From Eledone cirrhosa (Eukaryota), in NCBI GenBank assembly GCA_964016885.1, contig OZ024749.1, positions 52,452,001 to 52,516,000 of the forward strand: DNA of 64,000 nt. The letters run 5' to 3'. Under the pieces are notes generated by a model, which saw only the letters and a program-made list of their open reading frames with translations, ran no database searches and was not told the origin of the DNA. How positions within the stretch are numbered: position 1 is the stretch's first letter; each line of letters begins with the position of its first letter. The position numbers and the translations under genes are program-made. This document shows positions 23,453-35,300 of the stretch, piece after piece.

Positions 23453-23648
23453 ATAGGAACGAGTAGGACCCCGACGGCTGAGCTCAAGCCGTTTCGACGG
23501 CTAATTCCGTCCAGAATTAGCCGTCGAAACGGCTTGAGCTCAGCCGTCGGGGTCCTACTCGTTCCTATTACCCACTCTACTACTCTAAGTATTGAGTACT
23601 TTGGTGCGTTATGGTCCACCTGGTTCCTTACCACATTTCCTTCGTTAT
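23453..23648 (+). mobile_element. Hairpin element family A
   Basis: Inverted repeat containing GAAA CGGCT tgagctc AGCCG TC, then a tail with TATTGAGTAC (23590-23599). Flanked by TA. Confidence 0.8.
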
Positions 23649-24454
23649 ATATATATATATATAATTGTTTCTACTTTAGGCACAAGGCCAGCAATTACCC
23701 AGTGCATTACTGGTACTTTATTTTATCGACCCCGTAAGGATGAAATTTTGGTGTTTGTGTTTCTTTAAGTATAAAATATTTAATAGTAATTGCATAAAAT
23801 ATATATTTGACAAGTATATCATCATCATCATCATCATCATCATTTAATGTCCGTTTTCCCTGCTGGTATGGGTTTGACAGGTTGTCACAGACCGAGTCAG
23901 GAATCAAACAAAGCTACTGACTTCTCAGAAGAGCTGACGACCTGCATCTCGCTCACATTTTATTGTGACGCCCAACACTAGGGAGGTTGTTTATAAAACT
24001 AAAAGGTCCTCCCGATCCTTTATTTGATAGGTTTTCTACGACTGACTTTTTTTTTCGGGGGGGGGGGGGGGTCGTTTATATCGACCCTAGTACTTGATTG
24101 GTACTTTATTTTTTATCAACTCTTAAAATTATGAATGATAAAGTGTGACCTCGGTGGGAACTTCCCGTATATAGTAATGTGATAAAAAAAGAAAAAATAT
24201 ATATATATGAAGTAGGCACATGCACAGACTTCCACAAACACGTGGGTCTATGTGTCTCGTAATGAAGACAAAACAAGTAAACATACCGTATCCTCGATGC
24301 TGGGTAGAAGGATGAGCACCAATGTTTACATGTCTTACGAAAGACATCCATTCTATTATGTTAAATGTCCTCTACGAAATCAAGAGCCGACAACAGTGTG
24401 TACCTGACTCTCTCTCTCTATATATATATACTGTTTAAATCAGGCTGGATTCAG

Positions 24455-24652
24455 TTTAAAACTGGTTAGACCATTACTCCACAGAGTACTCGATATTTAG
24501 GGTAGTAGAGTATGGTTATATTATAAAGAGTCAGAACCCCGACAGCTGAGCTCTTGCCGTTTCAAAAGCTAGATCCAGACTAGTGCTAGTTCCTACCACT
24601 AGCTGTTGAAACGGCAAGAGCTCAGCCGTCGGAGTTTTGACTCTTCATAATA
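24455..24652 (-). mobile_element. Diverged hairpin element family A
   Basis: gtactcgatatttagggtagtagag tail and an inverted repeat with GAAA CGGC aagagctca GCCG TC. Confidence 0.6.
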
Positions 24653-25254
24653 TATACAGTGTGTCCCCTTAAAATGGTTTACACACTTCAACAGCATTCT
24701 AATAAATATGCGTATAGATTTTTTGGAACACTCTCTATATATATATACATACACTCGTTGTTCTCAGGCTGCTACACTTTTACATGTAAATATTTTTGGA
24801 GTATGTGTGGAGATAAAAAGACAAAAAAAAAAACGAGAGAGGTAATTATGAATAGATATAAAGATTTCTTTTATTAAGCACAATGAGAAAGAAAATTGTA
24901 ACTAAGACGGAGAAGGAGAATAAGTATATATTATAAATATGGAAGAGAGAAAACGATTAAAAAATAACACAAATCATAAAAAGAAAGCGAGAGAATGAGA
25001 AAAGACAAACTACAATAGTATAGCATTTACCCTCGGATATAATTTTATAGGGCAACTTTTTGTATTGTGCACCGCTTTTCATATTTTGGTTCTCGCCTTT
25101 ATTCAAAATATGATAAAATCTGGATTTAATTCTTCACTGTTTAATATGTGCTTTGAAGCCCGTTTGGAGGTACAGTACCAGTAATTTAATAGGCCAACCA
25201 TGTCATAATGTCTTATGAAGTATTTTATTGAAGAATACTTTAAAGGTACAGCCT

Positions 25255-25590
25255 TACTAACACACACACACATTACCACAACCTTCCTGATACACACACA
25301 CACATTACCACATCCTTCCTGATACACACACACATTACCACAGCTTTACTGACACACACACACATTACCACATCCTTACTGATACACACACACACACACA
25401 CATTACCACAACCTTCATGATACACACACACATTACCACAGCTTTACTGACACACACACACATTACCACATCCTTCCTGATACACACACACATTACCACA
25501 GCTTTACTGACACACACACATTACCACATCCTTCCTGATACACACACACATTACCACAGCTTTGCTGACACACACACATTACCACAGATT
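25255..25590. repeat. About 30-bp minisatellite
   Basis: (ac)nattaccacagctttactg / attaccacatccttcctgat alternating units. Confidence 0.85.
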
Positions 25591-26011
25591 TGCTGAGGAC
25601 ACAAAGACACGTTTTAATAATGTGGTCCTGGGTTTCTTGCAAATAGGAAAAATGTGACGGAGTGGTCACGGCTGGAATATCGTTGATCATGTCTAATTGA
25701 ACTTGGTTTCTCAACATAAACAATCCCCCTCCCCCCCCATTCGATCTGCTCACAACACAATCTGCTGTTGTCCTTGAAATAGAAACTATATGCCCCAAGT
25801 TGATCATCATCATCATCATCACCGTTTAATGTCCATTTTTTCCAATGCTAGCATGGGTTAGACAAGTTGTTCCATTGTGAGTCAAGTCAGATCAGATGAC
25901 CATGTCTTCCTTATACGTAATTGTTTCTAGCTTAGTTTCTATGGCTGGATGTTCTTAACACCAACCACATTTTACTGTGTGAATCAAACAGCAATAAATC
26001 AAGTTCCCACA

Positions 26012-26440
26012 ACAGGTGCAGCCAGTCATTGGGGTGCCACCAGTAGGTCTTAGAACAACTTGGTGGTCCCCCATCTCCCTGTAAGAGGTGCAGCCAGTCA
26101 TTGGGGTGCCACCAGTAGGTCTTAGAACAACTTGGTGGTCCCCCATCTCCCTGTAAGAGGTGCAGCCAGTCATTGGGGTGCCACCAGTAGGTCTTAGAAC
26201 AACTTGGTGGTCCCCCCCATCTCCCTGTAAGAGGTGCAGCCAGTCATTGGGGTGCCACCAGTAGGTCTTAGAACAACTTGGTGGTCCCCCCATCTCCCTG
26301 TAAGAGGTGCCACCAGTAGGTCTTAGAACAACTTGGTGGTCCCCCCATCTCCCTGTAAGAGGTGCCACCAGTAGGTCTTAGAACAACTTGGTGGTCCCCC
26401 ATCTCCCTGTAAGAGGTGCAGCTAGTCATTGGGGTGCCAC
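26012..26440. repeat. About 72-bp GC-rich tandem repeat, about 6 copies, with internal-deletion variants
   Basis: Unit aggtgcagccagtcattggggtgccaccagtaggtcttagaacaacttggtggtcccccatctccctgtaag. Confidence 0.9.
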
Positions 26441-27156
26441 TTAAGATAATTGACCGTTTCTCCATCATGATATTCCAGTGAGTCTTAGAATGGCTTGGCA
26501 CTGCCCATCTCCCTGTAACTGGTGTAGCTAGTCATTAGAACCCAACACCACATAGTTACATAGCAAAGTTGTTAACCACACAGCCATGTCTGAAACCAAG
26601 ATATAGAAAATAGCCCAAGAAATGATATTAAACACAATATATATAATGAAATTGTAATGGAGTTGTTTTCAATTTTATTAAATAATTTTTTGAAAAAAAT
26701 TGTAAAAATGAATTGATACATGTATGTGATACAGTTCTATTATCTTTTTCAAATAAAGGAAATAAATGCATATGGGTAAAAGAAAATATTTCCTTATAAC
26801 TTATTAAATCTGTGATATGACAGCAACTAGTTAAATAGAAGGAATATAACAGCTTGTTATAGTCAGACAGTTTCCCAATCTCTTGTCCTGGGGTTTAAAA
26901 AGTTTTGTGATCTGTGAGAAATCTTCATTTTTAATGAAAGAAGACGTCTTTGGTAGTGAAAAAGATTGGGAACTACTGCCCTTATGGAGTGTTAAAGTCC
27001 CCCAACAATATCAGAAATAAAGTACAGTTATTATGAATGATGTCTTGTAAAGCATGGTATATCATTGATGAAATGGTCTCTCTCTCCACTGCCTACAATT
27101 TCTAACTTTTCACAAATTTTTTGCCTAAATCAATTTCAAAGATCTGATCTGTCTCA

Positions 27157-27916
27157 TTATTTCACATATTTCTCCATGAACTTTTTGTGAAACTCTGAGC
27201 GAAGTGTATCGTTAATGAAACCACGACCTTTCCTGTCATCTCCTCCTTTGGCACAGTTTTTGAACACCACATCATCATCCCACCTACAACAGAAATATAT
27301 ATAAATATGATTGTGTAACTTAATGTCTTAACGTTTATTTCATATATATATATATATATACATATATACACATTACATATTGGAGTCAGTCAATATATTT
27401 GACAAACTATTCATAAAAAGACTAAATATATTAAAAACTTTTTAACCAGTTTCATGAGGCCGGCTGAGATTCTAAAATAAAAACTGTTTTTAAATGTTTA
27501 TATTTATCTGAAAATCTTCCATCATAATTTAATGTTAAGTTACGTTCCAAACACCAGCTTAATAATGAGAAAGTTAATTATATTACTAAATCCCTCCAAA
27601 TTCTTGATTATTTTTGAGAGAGAAATATAGTATTGGAAGGGTTAAAGTTAAATCTTTAGTGGGATTTGAACACAAACTGTAAAGAGCCATAACTAAGTGC
27701 AATTTAATAATAATAATGGTTTCAGATTTAGGCACAAGGCCAGCAATTTTGAGGAGAGGAAAGTCAATTAAATCAACCCCCAGTGTGTTACTGGTACTTT
27801 ATTTTATCAACCCCCGTAAGGATGAAAGCAAAGTTAACCTTGGCGAGATATGAACTCAGAACATCAAGGGACGTAACTCTATGCCGCAAACCATGGCATC
27901 CGACGCTCCACCACCC

Positions 27917-27954
<38 letters not shown>

Positions 27955-30900
27955 TAATATTTACCGTCTTTTCACCTTGAAATCTATTTTTTCTTGGTTC
28001 AGAAGTGGATTACCTTTCAAAATATTTTCTTTACGGATTCTTTCTTCTTCAACTTTCCTTTCAGCTTCCTAAAATGTGGAAAAGAAAAAACAACAAAATC
28101 AGTCACTAAAAATATGTTCCATGTTCTGTAGGTAGATACAGTGACAAACATGAACTGTTGTTACAGTTCACACCTATGTAGTAGGTTTAGTTGGCTTCTT
28201 ATGAGGTTACATCTTATATGAGGGTTAACAGGGGTCACCCTCAGTCCTATCATGTAAAGCAATGTGAAATGAAGAATCTTGCTGAAGAACACAATGTTCC
28301 ATCTGGTCCAGGAATCAAACTGAAGACTTTATGATCATATGTCTAACACTCTAACCAATAAGCCACATACCAGTTGTCCAGTTGGAGATGGTTGCCTCTG
28401 ACAGGACCCACTGGAAGGAGAGTTTGAGGACTTTGCCCCTACGACGTTCCCAGGGGAAAGTTGATTAAATCGACCCCAGTACGTGACTAGTACTTTATTT
28501 TATTGACCCCCCCATAAGGATGAAAGGCAAAGCTAACTTTGCTGGGTTTTGAACTCAGAACGTAACTATGCCATAAAGCATGTTGTCCGACACTGCCAAT
28601 AATAATAATTGTTTCAACGTTAGGCACAAGGCCAGCAATCACCCAGTGTATTACTGGTACTTTATTTTATCGACCCCGTAAGGATGAAAGGCAAAGTTTA
28701 CCTGTAGGTTAAAATAATAATAATAATAATAATACTTACTAGTTTAGCAGCTTCAGTTTGTCTTTCTTTTTTAATTTTCTTCAGTTCTTCCATCAACTCC
28801 ATCGTATCATCATCATCTTCACTGTCAGACTCTTCATCCTCATTGAAAATACAGAAAATAAATTTAAATAAAAAAAAAAATCTGGTTTGAAATAAGTAAA
28901 TATCCATATCTGGCACATGGGGACACCCCAATTTTGAAAGGTGATATTGTTGGTTCCATGATACAAACCACCCTGTCAACCTTGTAACGATGGTGTCATG
29001 ATAATAAAAAAAACACCTAGTCCACCCTGTAACGAATGGTAGTGCTGGTGTCATGATAAAAAGCAGTCAGTCCACCCTATAAAGTGATTGTGACAAGGTC
29101 ACAATAAAATGCTTAGAATACACTGTGATAAGGTGACATATATTTACACACACACACATTTATGCGGCCAGCGTGGACGACTTTTCGTCTGTGTTTTGCT
29201 GTTATTGTCGTCATTGTTGCTGTTGTTTTAAGGTGGCTGTCAACAAAGTATATACACCACCCTCCCTCAGAGCTCCATCTATTGCTTCCACTGGGCTTTG
29301 GCTTCACAGTTTTTTTCGTTTTTCCGTTCATAGCACTTTACTCTAGCAAACACTACCGCTGGGAGACCCTTTCAGGAACTCATATGTCTGCTGGGCACAG
29401 AAGCAATAGGATGTGTGTTTTTTCCTGCCAGCGGCATATCAAACAAATCAGATACCATCTGAGGATACCGTTCTCATAACAACAACAAATGCATGAAGGA
29501 CTTCTTGATTACATGGAGGACCATGGAAATAATTATAATGATTTAACGATATATGTAACCTCAGCATCTTATTTTGTTATTTTTATAAAAATCTCCATCG
29601 TAACTAAAAACTATGATTGTTGAAAGCTTTCTCCTGTTTTTACCAAAACAATCCCTACAATATATATATAGCCAGAAGGAAATTAAGACACCTTTTTACC
29701 AGTTCCAGCCAACTGGCCGGGGCCATGCTAGGGCACCGGCATTGGAAAGATAATTGAAAAACAGAAAGGTAAAAAGTAAAAAGATAAACAAAGTCATGTG
29801 ACTTACTTCATCATCAACAGGATCATCGGCATCTAGATTGGAAGCAGGTTCCAAACGTAACCTTTTACTGCTGCTGCTGCTACTACTACTGCCACCAGAT
29901 TCTGATCACAAGAAAGAAGAAATAGAAATATAATAAGTGTTATTGTATTACAGAGAGATGTATCATCATCATTTCCGTTTAACATCCATTTTTCATGCTA
30001 GCATGGGTTAGACGAGTTGTCCTGTTGTGAGAAATGAAAAACTGTCTATGTCTTTAACCCTTTCATTACCACATTCCTAATGAAAGACACTGTCTATGTC
30101 ATTAACCCTTTCATTACCATATTCCTAATGAAAGACACTGTCTATGTCATTAACCCTTTCATTACGAAAGACACTGTCTATGTCATTATGAGTTTCAAAG
30201 AATTGAATTTGAACTTAATAATTCAGTTATGAATTACACTTCATAATTCTTACTAATGAGTTGAATATCACACACACAATATCATCATCATTTTACGTCC
30301 ACTTGTCCCTGCTTGCAAGGGTGGGACGGGAACTGATTCTGGCTTGATTTCTACAGCTGGATGCCCTTCCTAACACCAACCTCATATACAGTGAGTGCTG
30401 GGTGCTTTTTTTTCCGTGGCACCTCCACGACCACTTTACAGTGGAATGATAGGGACTGGGACCTCAGTCCCTATCATCTTATTTCTACAGCTGAGTAAAC
30501 TGGAGCAATGTGAAATAAAGTGTCTTGCTCAAGGAAACAGCACATCACCCAGTCTGAGAATTGAACTCAATCTTTCGATTGCAAGGCTAATGCTCTAACC
30601 ACTAAGCCATGTGCCTCCATATATATATATATAAGAAAAATGGCCGTTAAATGATGATGATGATATATATATATAGAGAGAGAGAGAGGGTTAGGGAGGT
30701 AGTGGAAGAGTAAAGATGGGTGGTAGGTGGTGGTGGCGGAGATGGTAAGGTAGGTGGTAGTGGTAGAATATATTCCAAGGTTCTCCTTTGTGAAGACAAA
30801 TGATTTATATGTGATGTCTCCTTTGAGAGATGGCCAAACAATTCTTCTTACAGTAAAATACTAAATAACTTTGGTTAGCATCAATGGAAGCAGATGAGGC

Positions 30901-32474
30901 GGTAACAGGTTTGTGTGTGGTGGTGGTGAGGGGGAAGAGCATGTGTATGTGGTTATGTATTTGTGTCTATGTGTGTGTGTGTGTGTGTGAATCAGTGGAG
31001 TGGAAAGAGATGCAACAACTGGAGACAAATGATTGATGATGTGTCAAGCAAGGAACTGTTTGATGATCTTGGAAACTGACATGGTATTGAGGAGTACTCA
31101 ATACTGGGCTATGTCTCTGGGGATTATAACTAGCACCAGCAACAACACCATCTCCACCACCACAACCATCATCAACATCACCACCACCATCACAACTATT
31201 GCCACCATCATCACCACTGCCACCTTCATCATCACCCCTACCACTGCCACAACCATCATCACCACCACAGCCATCATCATCACCACCACAGCCATCATCA
31301 ACATCACCACCACAGCCATCATCATCACCCCTACCACCACCACAGCCATCATCATCACCACCATTGCCACCTTCATCACAGGTATGATGAGACTATAACA
31401 GATTCCAGTTATTTCTCTCTGTCACCACCACCATCATCACCCCTACCACCACAGGTACGATAAATGAGACTGTAACAGACTCCAGTTATTTCTTTGTTTT
31501 TGTTTTGTTTTTTCCATTCATCATTAAACGTCCATTTTCCCAGCTAGCAATGGTTGGATTGTCACAGACCAAATCAATAATCAATCAGAACCATTGATTT
31601 ATCAACTTTACAGAGTACACCAGGTATTTTATCATGGAACCAGCACCAGGTAGGTCATCATGTCCTTGGCACAAGAGCACAGCTAAACAGCCCTCTCGGC
31701 CTCTTTGTTTGGCAAGTTTTCTATGGCTGAATGCCCTTCTTGTCACCAACTACTTTACAGAGTGTACTGGGTGTGACATATCTTGAAACCTACTGCAGTG
31801 CCTTAGCAGCATCTCTTCTTCCACCTTCACACACACAAATAACTAAAGCATTTGCTTGGCAGAACTATTACAACAATAATAACAACATCAATACCTCTTC
31901 CTCTGTCTTTTTTCTCTCTGGCTACTCGTTCACGGTCTTCTAAGTCCTTACGGAAGTCACGGTTTCTCAATTCCTCCACAGATCCTTGGCCATCTTGTCT
32001 GAAAGATATCAACCATTGTAAATATTTATAAAACTCCAGATAAAGCCTTGGTCATCTTATCTGAAAGATATCAACCATTACAAATTTCTAACCCATTACC
32101 ATTACCATTTACATTACTCTATATTTACTATTGTATTTTCACAGAAAAGCTTTATCTCACATAATATTGAATCTACAAGATTTTGATATTTATTTTGAGA
32201 ACAATACTTTAACGCCAGTTGCGACCAGTTTGAACTAATAGAGGTGAGAGAATTCTGGATGGATATGACCAGTTTATATACTAAAGGGTTAACAGCTACA
32301 GCTACTACTGCTACTGTTAAATTCTTTGGTTGAACTGACTTACCTGTATTTTAATTTGTTATGTGATGGCAGATCACGACTGGAATATTGCTTGGACAAA
32401 GAGCTGAGATCATTGTCCCCCTTCCCACGGCCACCTCGAGCTGGTTCAAATGTTGGCCGGGCCGCAGTTGTCAT
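27157..32474 (-). CDS. CWC15: Spliceosome-associated protein CWC15; exons 32344-32474, 31895-31998, 29807-29901, 28740-28838, 27965-28068, 27157-27283 (219 aa)
   Basis: Diagnostic N-terminus [38 protein letters not shown], then NLDADDP and [11 protein letters not shown], and C-terminus [39 protein letters not shown]. Intron phases are consistent. Confidence 0.96.
30280..30618 (-). mobile_element. tRNA-derived composite SINE
   Basis: Near-identical to 4790-5131. Confidence 0.8.
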
Positions 32475-34489
32475 TCTTACAAAGTCTCACTTTAGAAAAA
32501 GAAGAAAAGAAAGAAATTCAAATTAAGAAAAAGAAGTGAAAAAAGTGAAACATTTTTGCCACTAATTTTCAAATAATTCTGAAAAATATCAAGAATCTGG
32601 AGAGATTTAATAATTTACCATATATACTTGAATATAAACCAAGGAATATGTGACCAAAAAATCGATGGTAGAAGGATCAGCCATTCCTAACATATCAAAC
32701 AATCATATAGAGTCTTCCTTGCTATAAGTGGCAGAGAGATACTGATTGTTGGGGTTTTTAGCATTGTTTCTGGCACAACCACCACCTCTATTTGTGTCAC
32801 TCCTACCACTACCACCACCACCTCTGTCACTCCTACCACCACAACCATCTGTTACTCCTACCACTACCACCACCACCTCTACTTCTGTCACTCCTACCAC
32901 CACCACCACCTCTGTCACTCCTACCACCATTACTACTATGACAAATAGGACCCATCCAACCCTTGCAAGCAAGGAAAAGCGATGATGATGATGATGATGA
33001 TGATGATACACACACTTACACTGACATAAACTACACACATTGGAACACTAATGAAATAAATAACTCTCACTCTTTTCTCCACCTCCAACAACACCTTTGC
33101 CATTGTAACAACCACCACCACCAACTCTACCATCACCACCACCAGCTCTATCACAACCACCACCACCACCAGCTCTATCACCACCACCAGCTCTATCACA
33201 ACCACCAGCTCTACCATCACTACCACCACCTTTACTATCACAACCACAACCACCACCACCAGCTCTACCATCACTACCACCACCTCTACTATCACAACCA
33301 CCACCATCAGCTCTACCATCACTACCACCACCTCCACCACCACCATCATCATCACCATAACAGTAAAAGTTGTAACAAAGGGAATAACATCTATGGAGAT
33401 TATCTCCTCAGAGATCAAAGAAACGATATCTTTTATCTTTATTATTTAATTTACTTATTTTTAATGAGATTATCAAGGTAAAGCAAGTGCAGCTCTGTAA
33501 AGATACTTTGGGCTGTTGTTGTCACAGAGACAGAACAAGAATCATAAATCAGAAACAAAGAATTTATAATAATTGTTTCTACCTTTGGCACAAGGCCAGC
33601 AATTACCCAGTACATTACTGGTACTTTATTTTATCGACCCCTGTGTGCAGGGTGTATGGCCAAGTGGTTAAGGTGTTGGACTTATGATTGTTGTAATGTC
33701 GTGGGTTCAATTGTTGGACTTGGTGGCATGTAATGTTCTTGAACAAAATATTAAATTTCACTTTGCTCCGAACTAACTTTGGAAGTTAGGTTTGATTTGA
33801 GGTGGAGCTGTTTCACTTCATAGTTTGTAGCAGTGATTCCCACACTTAATAGCCTGAAGGAGAGAGGGGGGGGGGTTAGAGATAAGATAGAGAGAGTGGG
33901 GAGTAGGAGGCAGAGAGAGGGGGTAGGATGGAGAGAAGCAGAGAGAGGGGGGGAATAGAGCGGTAAAGAGGGGGTAGGGTGGAGAGAAGCAGAGAGAAAG
34001 AGATGGCGATTAGAAAGATAAGGAGAGTGGAGTAGGAAGGTGAGAAGGGGGAAAGAAAGGAAGGAAGAAGCTCACCCAGATTTACTGCCTTTGACATGAT
34101 ATATAAATAAAACCCATTGATGTTGACCCAAAGTTCAATTTAAAAAGAAAAACAATTTTATGATCAATTGAGAGGAGAAAAGGTAACACTTCTGGTTAAG
34201 TTTTCTAAATATCTCACTAATAAAATGTTAGTTTACTAAATTCCTCAAATATGGTAACGAAATGGTTAACAGAATTCTCAGGGAGATTCGACATGACAGA
34301 CTGATATATGTATGTGTGTGACACATGTATGAGTGCAGATAAATGGGAAGGTTCTCAACAGAAATCAATAAGAGACAGGTGGAAAACAAAAGGTGTTTTA
34401 ATAAATCTATAGATAAAAGTTATGCTGATAACTTTACCATTCTGTCTACCCCCCTCTCTCTCCCCCCACCTCCCTCTCTTTCTCACATA

Positions 34490-34501
34490 TATGTATGTAT
34501 G

Positions 34502-34563
<62 letters not shown>

Positions 34564-35300
34564 AATCATCTCTCTCTCTCACACACACACAGATATATAT
34601 ATATATACACACGCACACACATGTATGTATCTAACCAATCATCTCTCTCTCACACACACACAGATATATATATATATACACACGCACACACATGTATGTA
34701 TCTAACCAATCATCTCTCTCTCTCACACACACAGATATATATATATATACACACGCACACACATGTATGTATCTAACCATCTCTCTCTCTCACACACACA
34801 CAGATATATATATATATACACACGCACACACATGTATGTATCTAACCAATCATCTCTCTCTCTCACACACAGATATATATATATATACACACGCACACAC
34901 ATGTATGTATCTAACCAATCATCTCTCTCTCTCACACACACAGATATATATATATATACACACGCACACACATGTATGTATCTAACCAATCATCTCTCTC
35001 TCTCTCTCTCACACACACACAGATATATATATATATACACACGCACACACATGTATGTATCTAACCAATCATCTCTCTCTCACACACACACACACAGATA
35101 TATATATACACACACACATGTATGTATCTAACCAATCATCTCTCTCTCACACACACACAGATATATATATATATACACACGCACACACATGTATGTATCT
35201 AACCATCTCTCTCTCTCACACACACACACACAGATATATATACACACACACAGATATATATATACACACACACACACAGATATATATACACACACACACA
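34490..35300. repeat. Compound microsatellite-based tandem repeat (about 70 bp)
   Basis: atgtatgtatctaaccaatca(tc)n(ac)nagatatata..acacgcacac units. Confidence 0.85.
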
